This document shows, one piece after another, positions 1 through 12,600 of a DNA stretch of 56,194 nucleotides; position 1 is the stretch's first letter, and each line of letters opens with the position of its first letter. This DNA is from Trypethelium eluteriae. Its lineage: Eukaryota. The stretch covers positions 1 to 56,194 of the forward strand of contig JAVECL010000092.1 in NCBI GenBank assembly GCA_051942245.1, given 5' to 3'. The position numbers and the translations under genes are program-made. The notes below the pieces were generated by a model, which saw only the letters and a program-made list of their open reading frames with translations, ran no database searches and had not been told where the DNA came from.

Positions 1-1450
1 GATGTCGCGGGCGATGGCGAGGGCGAGCTTGAAGAGGTTGATGGCTTCTTGGAGTTGGTTGCTATGGTAGAAGGCGACGCCGAGTTCGTTGAGGACGAGC
101 GGGTCGGTGTTGCAGAGGTGGTAGGCGCTGTTGAGGTATTCCTGCGCAAGCGGGAGGTTGTTGAGTTGGAGGTTCTGCATGCCGAGGAAGAGGTTGGGGA
201 GATGCGTGCCTTGGAATAGACGAGCGGCTGTCGAGTATGCGGAGATGGCCTGGTCGTGTTCGCCCTCGGCCGCGAACGTGTGCGCGAAACCGATCCAAGC
301 AGGCCCAAAGTGAGGGTCCATGGTGCTGGCTTTGGAGAAGAATCGACGGGCTTCGGCGATCCGGGATATGGCCAGGTAGTAAACACCGACGGCAAGCCAA
401 GTTGTTGGAGATTCAGGATGGGTATCTACAAGATTATGGGAGAGGAGAAAGAGCGCATTTCGGTCCGCAAGCTCATAGAGACAAGCGAGATGAACGGGTA
501 TGACTGCGAAATTGTACTGGTCCGTTTCGAGGATAGATGATGTGAGGGAAAGCGCTTCAGTAAAGCGACAGTGAGTGAAAAGGTGTTCGGCTTTGGAGAG
601 CAGAATGTCAGCGTTAGAGGACAAATTGTAGTGCGACACCAATGTCTCTGTAGCAGATTGAAACTGATCGGGGTGCTCATATTTTGAGAGGCGCGTAATG
701 TAAAGCATCTTGGTAAATTCAGCTGCCTCTTGAGCTGCCGAGTTGTCGGAGCCATCGCCGATAGAGATAGTATCGAAATTGAGAGAAGACAAAAATGACC
801 ACTCGTCTTGCGGAGACATTAGTGAGTTTTTCATGAGCTGGTCAAAGGCTTCGAAACATTGGACATCGATGCTAACGGCGTCTTTATAACAATCCCTTGC
901 CCGATCAAAGGCATTCTGCTTAGCGTAGCACACTCCTCGCAGGTAGCACATGGCAGCCTCGAATTTGATACTGGAAGCATCTTCGAAATCTCGATCCTCA
1001 CTCCGATCGGCCCTATCCATCAACTGTCCTTTGCCTCGTTTCGAGTGCCCGTTCTGAGCACGATGCAGATGCTGCAGTTTCCTTCTGTTTCCCTCTGGCG
1101 TGGAGATGAGGTGAACTGGATTCTTCTCCCCAAGAACTGCCAAAGCCTCCTCATATCGGCCTTGTTTGATATAGCAATGTCCAGCGAGATACTTGCATGA
1201 CGAATTTCTGGCGATCAAGTCTCGCGAGAGGAAGTTTTGTGCGCGCGTATAGTTGCCAGTGGAAAAATGGACTTGAGCTAGCCAAAAAGCGTCCTTGTCA
1301 TCATCTTCAGGTCCAGTCAGTAATGAAATGATGGAGCTTTGGGTGGTACTCACTTGTTAGAGCAAGCAATTTATCTCCAATGAAGATGGCCGAATCATAT
1401 TGATGCTTGTTTGTGGCGTCTTGTCGCCAACTCCGTAGAAACTGCTCCAT
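1..1450 (-). CDS. cut9: Anaphase-promoting complex TPR subunit Cut9/Cdc16 (APC6); 3' end runs off the window
   Basis: ATG at 1450 and intron 1305-1353 (GTGAGT...CTGAC...AAG) give MEQFLRSWRQDATNKHQYDSAIFIGDKLLALTNDDKDAFWLAQVHF. The window edge reads ...LAQEYLNSAYHLCNTDPLVLNELGVAFY, typical APC6 TPR sequence. Absent from the ORF track because it is open at the edge. Confidence 0.92.
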
Positions 1451-2706
1451 GTCTCAATGAGAAACGAGAGAGAAGAGGGACCCAAGTGCAAGCTCTGAGC
1501 AACAGCATCGTGTCAGTCTGGTTGACATAGCAGTCGCGTCTGCGACTGTTGGATAAACAAACGGTTGGCGGAGGGCAATGACAGGCATTTGTGGTGGGGC
1601 GGAGCGGGGCGGATATTGCCCATCACTATTAGATAGGCTAGTTTGGCAGAGGCAACAATCTCACAAAGTAGTATGGATGGTGGATGGCAAAAAATAATTG
1701 GAGTGGATTCAAAATTAATTGTATATCCGCTTATACCGTCGTCTATGAAGTTCCGTTTTATATAGTCACAGCGAAGAAGGGGTTTCAATTCAGATCGCGT
1801 GGAAAGACAGATTGGAGGGATTGATGGCACTGTAATGACTTCATATTTATACGATGAACTCAATGACAAGATTGAAGTATACATGGTGACAGCATTATAC
1901 CGTAGCTTTGGTGATGATTAGCTACCTTAATTTCCTAGACCCGTCGTGAAGTCTCGAGTCAAGAATTCCTCACATCGACTGAAAAAATTTCAGATTGATT
2001 TTGGGATAACACGGAAAAGATGTCAGCCTTAATATAAGTCGCATTGATGCCAAGAAGCCGGGTCTGTTGAAGTGTATGGTTCAAGCACCTCGCGGGCTAC
2101 GGCCTTGTTTGCGCGACAAAGTTATGCAATGAATGGTCTAGGGAAAGTTTAGCATATGTCCATGCATCGACGACTTTCCACCAATTTGATGAAGTCCGAC
2201 CCCTAACATCGTTCAGCTTTCATGACTTGCGTCACCGTCATCACTCATCCATCCCTTACATGCCATCAGCATCTCGTCGTTTACAGATCGTCTGATCATC
2301 TTCGTATCATCTTGCTTCTCATCTTTGTTCCCACACCATCGCGGGCTTGTGGCGAACCTTACTTGCAGTGACTAGACTGCGGATCTTTTGCGGCCGAACT
2401 CCACAATGTCCGATTCAGTTTGGAGTGAGTTTCATTTCGTCGAGAAGTGTTTCGCGTAACAGGACCGTCACGCATCAAATTTCAGTGGAATTGTGCTATG
2501 AAACTGCATTAAGTAGGCAGTTAGCATCGCAATCATAGTTCCGTGCCGTTTTCAGAGTGCGACTCACATTCTGGCTACAACAGCCCTTTCCTCCACTTAT
2601 CCATGGCCTGATCCTGGATAAGGATAAATTCATAGCTGGCCCAATTGACCAGCGGCCCAGAAACCTGTGGTATTTCTGTCCATCTCGCTTTGCATCGTAG
2701 ACAGTC

Positions 2707-4075
2707 TCAAGCGAGAAGATCGGCAACTACTTGAGGTTAGACTTGCGGCATTAACGTCGTCTGTCAGGCACTTACCATTCATAGGCATCTCATCAATCTG
2801 AGTTGAATAGTAGACTATCATTCGTCAATGCAAGTTCATAAAGACAGACCCAAATGTCACTCACGTTCAATATCACGTAAGATACGGACATCTTCGCTGG
2901 TAACGAAGTTGATTGCCACACCTTTCCTGCCAAACCTCCCACTACGGCCAATTCTATGAATGTAGTTTTCACGGTTGCTGGGCAGGTCGTAGTTGATAAC
3001 CAATGAGACTTGCTGCACGTCAATCCCTCGGGCCCAGACGTCAGTAGAAATTAAGACCCGGGAGTTTCCCTGGCGGAAGTCCTGCATAATGCTGTCACGC
3101 TCTTTTTGAGGCATCTCGCCATGCATTGAAGATACAGTGAAGTTAGCATCGCGCATCTTGTCTGTCAACCAGTCCACCTTTCTGCGAGTATTGCAGAAGA
3201 TCACGGCTTGGGTGATGGTAAGAGTATCATAGAGGTCACAGAGCGTATCGAATTTCCAGTCTTCTTTGTCAACCGCAATGAAGTATTGTTTAAGCCCTTC
3301 CAAAGTCAACTCATCACGCTTAACCAAGATACGCACTGGATCCGTCATAAATTTGGTGGTCATGTCCAGAACGTCATAAGGTAGGGTAGCCGAGACGACG
3401 ACAACTTGCGTCGCAGGGGGCAGGTAGCGATAGACATCGTAGATCTGCTCGCGGAATCCACGATTGAGCAGTTCGTCGGCTTCATCGAGAACCAGCATCT
3501 TAATGTGACGAGTGCGAAGATTGCGTCGACGAATCATATCAGCAACGCGACCTGGGGTGCCTGATACAACATGTTGTCCGTAATCTAGTTTGCGGATATC
3601 CTCGCCGACGTTGGTGCCACCGATACAGGCATGACACTGTACATTCATGTAGTCTCCCAAGGCCATGACAACGGACTGGATCTGTGTCGCGAGTTCCCGA
3701 GTTGGAGAAAGCACCAAAGCCTGTGTCTCACGTACGGCTGTGTCGATGACCTGGAGGATGCTAATGGAAAAGGTCGCAGTCTTGCCTGTTCCTGATTGGG
3801 CCTGAGCGATGGTGTCACGACCTTTGCAAATCTGGACGATGGCACGAGACTGGACCGCAGAGGGAGATTCATATCCATATGCGTAGATGCCGCGGAGAAG
3901 GTTCTCCTTCAGGTGCATGGCTTCAAAAGTCGGCGCGACAGTTACTTCTTTGGACGTCGAGAACTCCATCCTCTCTGTATTGGTACTGTTAGCCTTGTGG
4001 AGGATGATACGGGACAATCAGGGTGTATGTGAAAGTAGCCATACCCTCCATCTTCCGATCGATACCGTCAGCCAT
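2707..4075 (-). CDS. FAL1: DEAD-box RNA helicase eIF4A-III / Fal1
   Basis: Motifs [31 protein letters not shown]. Four exons with introns 3975-4044, 2815-2864 and 2727-2775 give [15 protein letters not shown]...[18 protein letters not shown]. Confidence 0.95.
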
Positions 4076-4382
4076 TTTGAAGTTGTGTCGCGACTCAATA
4101 TTATGGAGTGGATGTCTGATGTGAAATGTGAAAATAGTGGCCGGGGCAGCGAAAGGCGCAACTTGCTTGCTGGGAGCTTGGGCCGCTTTCGAAATTTCTC
4201 TCGCGTTTGCGGTTCGAACATTTCCTCACATTGACTGCCCCTGCGGAACACTTCCATCCAGCACATATAGCTTTGGATCTAGCGACCCTCATATCTGACG
4301 CCACTGTTCAAATTACGCGCGGTCATAAATTCCACTCTCTCTTTGCCTGGATTCGCGACACTTGGGCTGCTTCTTCTGCAAC

Positions 4383-5894
4383 ATGGTCCTCGAGGAGCAG
4401 CGCAACCTTCACGAGGACCTGGAACGCCTCGAACAGGCCATAAGTGATCGCGTCTCTGAAGACCCGAGACACATTCGCGATAGGTTGAACCGCGACCATC
4501 AAATTGCCTTCTTCCTCGCCCGTCACAAGGATCAAGCCAAGAGACTGACATCTATCTACGATGATACGGATCAGGCGCGAACCAAGGAAGTTCAAGAAAT
4601 CTCTACAGGCGATGCATTCGAGTCCTTTTACAAACAAATTACCGACATAAAATCATTCCACCGACGTTATCCTAACGAGCCGGTCGAAAACCTCGAACGC
4701 GCCTACAAGAAGCGGCAACCAGGCGATTCGGATCTCCCAATGTCTTCCGAAGTCGATAATATCTTCACCGGAGAGGAAGGTTATGGCCGATACTTTGATC
4801 TTTATAGGCAGCACGAAGATTATCTCAACTTGCCGGGTATCATTAACACAAAGCGCGTGACTTACCTACAGTATCTCGACTACTTTGACAAATTCACACC
4901 ACCTCAATGTCCGCTGAGGCGTTCCGACAAGATGACCGACAAATACTTCGTGTACCTGGGATCTCTAGCGGAATACCTCGAGGGTTTCATGAAGAGGACA
5001 AAGCCATTGGAGGATCTCGATAAGCTCTTTGCCAGCTTTGATCGCGAATTCGAGGAAAAATGGGAGAAAGATGAGGCCCCTGGATGGTCGAAAGAGCAAG
5101 TTGCCGCCAGCAATGGGCCTGTGACAGAGGGCAGTGGCACAGGTGTGTGGTGTCCGGATTGCGAGAAGGAATTTGCGACCACGAACGTCTACGAGTCACA
5201 CCTGAATGGGAAGAAGCACAAGAAGAATGCAAAAGCAAGGCAAGCTCGGGGACAGACAAACAGCATAAATGGGACCGGGGCAAAGGGAACCTCTGTGCAG
5301 CGACTGAACGAACGCGCGGTTGCAGAACGCGAATTCAGAATCACTAAGCTGGCAGCGGCTATACAAACGGAGCGTTCTGACACCAAAACGAACGTCGAGC
5401 GCCGGCAAGGCATGACTGAAAGGGAACGACAGCAGGAGCTACAGGCATTGATGCAAGAGGTAGTAGAGCCAGTTGGTGCCACGCAAGAGGATTCGGACTC
5501 GGATGGGGAAGAGAAGATTTACAATCCGTTGAAGCTGCCTTTGGCCTGGGACGGAAAGCCTATTCCCTTCTGGTTGTACAAGCTTCATGGTCTTGGCGTT
5601 GAGTTCCCCTGCGAGATTTGCGGCAACTTTGTGTACATGGGCAGGAGGGCATTTGACAAGCACTTCAACGAGCCACGACACATCTACGGCTTGAAATGCC
5701 TCGGCATTACAAATACTACTCTCTTTAGGGAGATTACGGGAATCCAAGAGGCGCTCAACCTGTGGGACAAGATCCAGCGTGACAAGAAGCAGGAAAAGTC
5801 TAGCACGGAGAACGTAGTGCAGATGGAGGATGGAGAGGGCAATGTGATGCCGGAGAAGGTCTATTTTGATTTGCAGAAGCAAGGCTTGCTATGA
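4383..5894 (+). CDS. PRP9: U2 snRNP SF3a subunit Prp9/SF3A3 (Sap61)
   Basis: Intronless ORF from ATG 4383 ([18 protein letters not shown]). Conserved [32 protein letters not shown] zinc finger and C-terminal DLQKQGLL. Confidence 0.95.
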   Translation: [503 protein letters not shown]

Positions 5895-6199
5895 GAAAAG
5901 CATACCGCCAACGATGGGCGAATGTGCATCTCGTAAGTACTTGGCCTACTTGGCTTATTATTCACTTACCGATGCAAAGCTGATATGAAATAAAGCTGTA
6001 TGCTCATTGTACCTGTGCTCTAAAATTCTGGACGTGATGATGTTGCCGTCGATGTCAGATTGGGGTTGCCTTCGAACCCCACCTCAAGCCCGCCACTTAA
6101 TCCTGGCTTTACTGATACCCTCTTCCACCAGACACGCATTTGTGCTGTTCGCCAGGTCTGCGATCCCTTGTCACTCCGAAAGGCTCGGAGAAAACACCT

Positions 6200-7565
6200 A
6201 TGGCAACGCTTCAATTCGACAAATCGCGCTTCCTCGACTTCTCTAGTGTACCCCGCGCTCCACCTAAGCTGTTCGTCACTGCTGAGACGTCGGACTTTGA
6301 CGAAATAACTCTGCAGAAATGGCGCGATGAGGGCTTTGATGTGGAGTATCTCTCACTGGAGAATGACGGAGGTCAGAAGGCGTATCTTGAGAGCCTGAAA
6401 AGACTTCACGAGGGCCTCGGTGTCGGTGATTACTACGGCATTGTAGGTAGGGTCAGTATCCGCATTTCAATGGGCGGAAGAAGGAAGCTAGCAAATCGAT
6501 CATGGCGGAGAGCTCTGAGGCTAACGAAATTCATAATGCGTAGCATACGGTGATGCAGCAGCACTGTGCCTCGACGCCCATATAAAACCCAACAACACCA
6601 AAATCTGCGCCCTCGTTGCGTACTATCCCTCCTCAATTCCTGCGCCTCAGACACACTACCCACCCTCGCTTAAAGTCCTTGTACATCTCCCTAGTGGTGA
6701 AGAGATTGGTGTGAGTCGCAATGCGGAAATTCTTGGTCTCCAAGGAAAGAGGAGGACTGTGAAGAAGAGGGTTGATCCAGGGCTCGGATCAGGTGGAGAG
6801 CTGAATTTGGGCTACAAGGCCTACACGTATGATGGTGTGGAAGCTGGCTTCGCGGAACATGATTTGGACGAATATGAGAAAGTTGCTGAGCGGTTGGCGT
6901 GGTCTAGAAGTCTCGGCACGGTCCGCAAGGGCTTCAGGGTCGAAGTGGACTTGGAAGGCGTCTGGGATAGGCATACCGATCGTCAGTCAAGGATTCTATG
7001 GCGTTAAAAAAAGCCGCTGGCAGAATTACGAAGGCTAACAAGGACCCTAGTCGAATTCAAGACCAAAAATGCAGACAAGACACTTGCTACCATGGTCGCC
7101 AAGCCTTACGTCAACCACATTCCCACGCTGACCGGTGGCATTGGTGCCAAAGCTTTACACCGATTTTATGCTGACTTCTTCATCCCGGGAAATCCTCCTT
7201 CGTTCCGCACTTGTCTCCTCTCACGGACCATCGGGGTCGACCGCGTTGTGGATGAGCTTTTGGTTACGTTCAAGCATACACAGCCCGTTCCTTGGATGCT
7301 ACCTGGAATCCCTGCTACAGACAAACAGGTCAAGATAGCCCTAGTCAGTGTTGTGTGTATTCGAGGCGGAAAGCTGTACCATGAACATATCTACTGGGAC
7401 CAAGCGAGCGTGCTGGTGCAAGTCGGTCTTTTGAATCCAGAGCTGGTGCCAGAAGCGATGAAGAAACAAGGAGTAGAAAGGTTGCCGGTGGTAGGGGTAG
7501 AGGGCGCAGAGAAGGTGGTTGATGAGGAGAGCGTAGAGAGTAACGAGTTGATCCCAGAATGGTGA
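6200..7565 (+). CDS. Dienelactone-hydrolase-like / SnoaL-like fusion protein (conserved fungal family)
   Basis: Three exons (introns 6447-6543 and 6982-7050) splice in frame. N-terminal hydrolase-like part (ALVAYYP, GFAEHDLDEY) and C-terminal SnoaL-like part (PYVNHIPTLTGGIG, SRTIGVDRVVDE, HEHIYWDQASVL). Confidence 0.8.
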
Positions 7566-8373
7566 TTATTATTAGGAACTATTCTTTCTCGTACTTTAGT
7601 GTAGTCCGCGCCATTGACCTTGCGTTTCATTGATGCTTTCAGTCGATCAATTGCTATTCCTTTACCTATATGTGCAATTGCTGCTCATGTCTCGTCCTCA
7701 TCAACACGAGACGATTACTCTTATTTTGACTATCCAGTATATTTGACAAAACATGATCTGGCTGCACTTTTCGTTTTTGTCTTTTTTCCCTTTTTCTGTT
7801 TTCAAAGAAACTTTTGTGAGACGAGGCGTGGGCCTCAGTGCTCCAGTCAAGATTATTGTGCAGAGATTACATCACACGTCTCGTATTGTTCGTGACTCAG
7901 ACTCTCTGTATTGATTCGAAAGGTCTGATGAAATTTGTGACACTCCCTGCAGTCCAGCTTCTCTCTTCTTCCGCGATGGGAGGGTCAGCACGGTCCAATC
8001 ATTGCGGTCAAAGTGACCAATGAGGAAGGCCGCTCATAGTCCGAGCGGCCGTACATACATTATGCACCCATTGATGTCTTACTAGGACCGAATTATCTTC
8101 TAGAATTCACCAATGATCTTCAAAAGAAAAGCCCGGATACCCAAGTCGATGAGACGACTCATTGGCTTTTTATACCAGCCGATTACGAACAAGCGACATG
8201 AATTGTGGATAACAACGGAGAAACAGATCTTTTTGGATCTGATCAGACCTCGAAGATGATCTATAAAAGCTCCGCTAAGCCAGCCTTCAAGACCTCCTGC
8301 TCACCTTTCTATCATCAGTCTCAAGTCGGCCGGAAAAATTGAACTCATTCATTCCTCCATCCTTCATAGCACC

Positions 8374-9039
8374 ATGTCCCACTCCGTCATCTCTCCGGCT
8401 ATCTACTACTGGGGCACGCCCGTCGTCTTAATATCCACCACCAACGAAGATGGGACCCCCAACATCGGCCCCATCTCCTCCGCATTCTGGCTTGGTAACC
8501 GCTGCATGCTAGGTCTCGCCTCGGGTTCTCAGACCTCAATCAATCTCCGCCGCACCAAACAGTGTGTGCTGAATCTCGCCTCAGACAACATGATCCCACA
8601 CGTCAACGCCCTGGCTCGGACTACCGGAATCTCAGACGTGCCGCCACTCCGAGTGCAGATGGGATATCGTCACGTGAAGGACAAATTCGGGGTTGCGAAG
8701 CTCACACCGCAAGAGTCGGAGGTTGTGGAGCCGCCAAGAATCAAGGAGTGTCCGGTGCAGATGGAGGCTGAGATGATGGGGGAGCATGAGATGATGGGAA
8801 ACCTTCCGGGGCACTTACGAGGATTTACTCATGCGATTGAGGTTCAGGTTTTGAGGACCTATGTGGTGGATGAGTTGAGGATGGCAGGACACGCGAACCG
8901 AGTTGACCCGGATAAATGGAGACCGTTGATCATGAGCTTTCAGCATTTCTATGGGTTAAGGAATGTAGAGGAAAAGTCAACACTGGCGAATATTGAGGAA
9001 GAAATGTACAGATTGCCAGATGGGTCGACTACGTCTTAA
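8374..9039 (+). CDS. Flavin reductase-like FMN-binding split-barrel protein (DIM6/NTAB family)
   Basis: Intronless 221 aa with YWGTPVVLISTTNEDG-PN, CVLNL, PPRIKECPVQME and DPDKWRPLI. TATAAAA lies about 110 nt upstream. Confidence 0.8.
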   Translation: MSHSVISPAIYYWGTPVVLISTTNEDGTPNIGPISSAFWLGNRCMLGLASGSQTSINLRRTKQCVLNLASDNMIPHVNALARTTGISDVPPLRVQMGYRHVKDKFGVAKLTPQESEVVEPPRIKECPVQMEAEMMGEHEMMGNLPGHLRGFTHAIEVQVLRTYVVDELRMAGHANRVDPDKWRPLIMSFQHFYGLRNVEEKSTLANIEEEMYRLPDGSTTS

Positions 9040-9679
9040 TATCTTTATTAGCAGAGTCAACTTCCTCTTCAGCTTAATCAACCCATTCTCACACGAATTG
9101 CAAGAGTTGCACGTGAACGATGGTCAGATACACTTGGTTGGTTCTTCATCAGGATCCAACTTTGGACGCTTAAGGAAAAGTGGTCAACGTAAAACTCAAC
9201 ATTGCTACGTGGCGTGAAGCCATTGAAAATTAATTTTGAATCATCGTGAGGCGCCCTCCGGGGGGCTCCTCCATTGCAAGTGTGCAATTTCAAAAGGTCG
9301 ATAGACGAGTAGAAATTGGCTGGTGCGCTGACCCCTTTAGTGTAGCAATGCAGACTATCCTTTTCTAATCGAAGCAACCAATACGCATCAAAGAGCCGCA
9401 TGTCTTTGGAGGAGATTATGATCCCGGAGGAAAGACATTGCAACAAAAAAAAACTTGATGATAAGGTTATTAGACACCAAGGTTCCCCGCATAATTTCGG
9501 GGATCGGAATAACGACAACGCGCTCGGATTATTGCATGTCCGCAAGGCTCTTAAATCAGCATTCGTCCACACTTCTTTAGTTGAAAGCTTCTCCACGGTA
9601 TATCAGGCGACATGCCAGCATATCTGAGGTCTACACGCCGCTCTGGCCCAGCGCTTCCAAAACAGTCCTGGCCTCAAGT

Positions 9680-12600
9680 ATGGCAACCTCCTTAGCTTCC
9701 CAGGCTCAATCTCCCTTTGGGCAGGAGTCTCTCCTGTCTAAACCTGTGGAGGTTGAGTTAAACAGGACTGATGCGTCCCCTCACACTATCGATGAACTCA
9801 TCTGTCGGCGTGCTGTAGGACCAGGCTGTGATGATCCGATCTTCGCGTATGCCTCATCCGGGACTGAGTACATGGACTATACACCCAAGCAGCTGAACGA
9901 ATTTGCGATCAAGGCTGCAAATTTCTATGCTACTGACATTGTCCCAAGACAGACATCAGGTTCGCCAGTCGAGGTAATTGCACTTTTGGGTACTTCACGT
10001 CTCGAATATCTGGCCACACTTCTGGGGATCTCCAAGCTGGGACATACTGTGCTTTTCCTGTCAACAAGAATATCGGAAGAGGCCTATACGTCCCTTCTCA
10101 CCGTCACAAACGCAACAACGATTCTGATTGATCCTGCGTATGCAAAAGTAGCAGCTGCGGTTAAGAGTAAGCTTCCGGATCTTGAGGTTCGACCACTATG
10201 CACCGAACCTCAGCTTTTAGCCGCTTCATCATATCCACTACAGGTATGCCTTGATAGAGACATTGAGCAGTCTAAGGTTGCCTGGATCATCCATTCTAGC
10301 GGCTCAACCAGCCTGCCAAAACCAATATATCAAACGCACAAGGCAGCCCTTGGGAATTACTCGATCAACTTCGGTCTTCGAGGATTCATCACACTTCCAC
10401 TGTTCCATGCTCATGGCCTTAGCTGCACATTTAGGGCAATCCACGCAAAAAAGAAGATTTACATGTATAATGCAAGCCTTCCACTCGCAAATCAGCATCT
10501 TATCAGGACACTAAAGGAGCATCGCGACAGAAGGATATTCTATGGGGTTCCATACGCGCTAAAGCTTTTGGGCGAGAGCGAGGAAGGGATTAAATTACTT
10601 GCAGGTCTCGAGATCGTCATGTTTGGAGGATCAGCTTGTCCAAAAATGCTCGGAGATAGACTTGTTGCAGCAGGAGTTCAACTCGTCTCCCATTACGGAA
10701 CCACAGAGACAGGCCAGCTGATGACTTCCTTCCGAGCCCGCGATGACAAAGACTGGGACTATGTAAGACCCTCCGAGAAGCTACTCCCATTCCTACAAAT
10801 GGAGCCGCAAGGTGAAGTTGGCCTCTATGAACTTTGCGTGAAAGAAGGATGGCCTTCAAAGGTGATGAGCAACCGTGATGATGGCACCTACGCTACGAAA
10901 GATCTGTTCGAAGCTCATCCAACAACGCCAAATGCGTGGAGGTATTACGCGCGAAAGGACGATACAATCGTTCTTGTCAATGGCGAAAAAGCCAACCCCC
11001 TGCTTGTCGAGGGAATTGCAAGGGAAGACTATCGTGTTGCAGAGGCCATTGTATTTGGAAGCAATAAGCCGCGGCTCGGCATGTTCATCATCCCCTCTGA
11101 AGCAGGAGTAGCATTTGCGGAGGATGACATGATCAACGCCATCTGGCCAGCAATTAGAGATGCTAATATCTACATGCCTGCGCATGGCCAGCTCTCAAAA
11201 GACATGATAAAAGTTCTGCCATATGATGCTAATTATCGCCGTACTGACAAGGTAACTGTCATTCGTGCAGCTTTTTACAACGATTTTGAGAAAGAAATTG
11301 AAAATGTCTACCGCGCAGTGGAAAAGTTCGAAGGAACCATGCTCTTGTCTCGAGAACAGCTCATATTATGGCTCAAGAGTGTCATTGGGGATCTCATAGG
11401 GTTGGAGGACGCTTCGGTGTTACAAGATACAACCGATCTTTTCGCAATGGGGGTGGACTCTCTACAATCCACCCGAATCAGGACTGCTATCGGCAATAGC
11501 ATTAGTCTAGGCGGGAAACCCTTAGGCCAGAACATTGTCTTCGACTTTCCAACCACTGCTAAGCTTGCTGATGAAATTTTGCGATTGCAATCTGATGGGG
11601 AGGTGCGATCTGTCCCAAGTATCGAGGATCGAATGAAAGACATGATCAAAAGGCATTCCTGCTTTGAGCCACATATCTCGCTTGAGGGGAATCCAGAAGG
11701 CGGCGAAAGTGTTGTTGTAACTGGCTCCACAGGCTCTCTCGGTGCCCACATCGCTGCACACCTAGCATCTCTCTCCACAGTCAAGACAGTCTATTGCCTT
11801 ATCCGGGCATCGACGAAAGAGGTCGCTGCTCAACGACTTGGCAAGTCTCTGCACGATCGGGGCATCTATGACTCTGTGGCACCGGACTCGTTCAAGAAAG
11901 TCATTACGATACCATCAAATTTTGGGGATCCCAAACTTGGTATCGGTGATGACACTTACAGCGAGCTCACCAACACAATATCTATTGTCGTTCATTGCGC
12001 TTGGTCAGTGAATTTCAACCTTGCCCTCGAAAGCTTCGAGCAAGACTGCGTGGGCGGCACGAAGAATCTGATAGACCTCTGCCTACGGGCCAAGAGGCCA
12101 AAGCCTGCTTCCTTTAACTTTTGCTCCTCCATCAGCACAGTGGTAAGGACACCGGTCGGCGAAACTGTTCCAGAGGCTCTCCCCGCATCTCTCTCATACG
12201 CTCAGAGCATGGGCTACGCTCAGTCAAAACTCGTCACGGAGCATCTTTGCCGAGTTGCGACCGAGAAGACCGGCATCACGACCAGAGTTCTGCGGATCGG
12301 TCAGATCATTGGGGACACTCGCTATGGAATCTGGAATCCTACTGAAGCCATTCCTCTGATGCTGCAAACTGTTGATACGATTGGCGCTCTTCCCTTACTT
12401 GATGAGAATTCTTCATGGCTGCCGGTAGATACTGTTGCACAAGCCATCTCAGATGTGGTATTATCTTCAGCTGAGGAGCCCGTTGTCAACATCATAAATC
12501 ACAACACCTTCCATTGGACGAACGAGTTGCTTCCCCTGATCCGAGCGACTGGGTTGAACTTTGAAGGCATTGATCAAAGAGACTGGGTCCGTCGGTTGAG

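Noticed and set aside
1911..1982. Box C/D snoRNA-like layout (GTGATGA...CTGA) with GCTACCTTAA complementary to the conserved LSU rRNA word UUAAGGUAGC
   Set aside because: No D' box at the required spacing after the 10-nt match and no convincing terminal stem. Matches this short are expected by chance.
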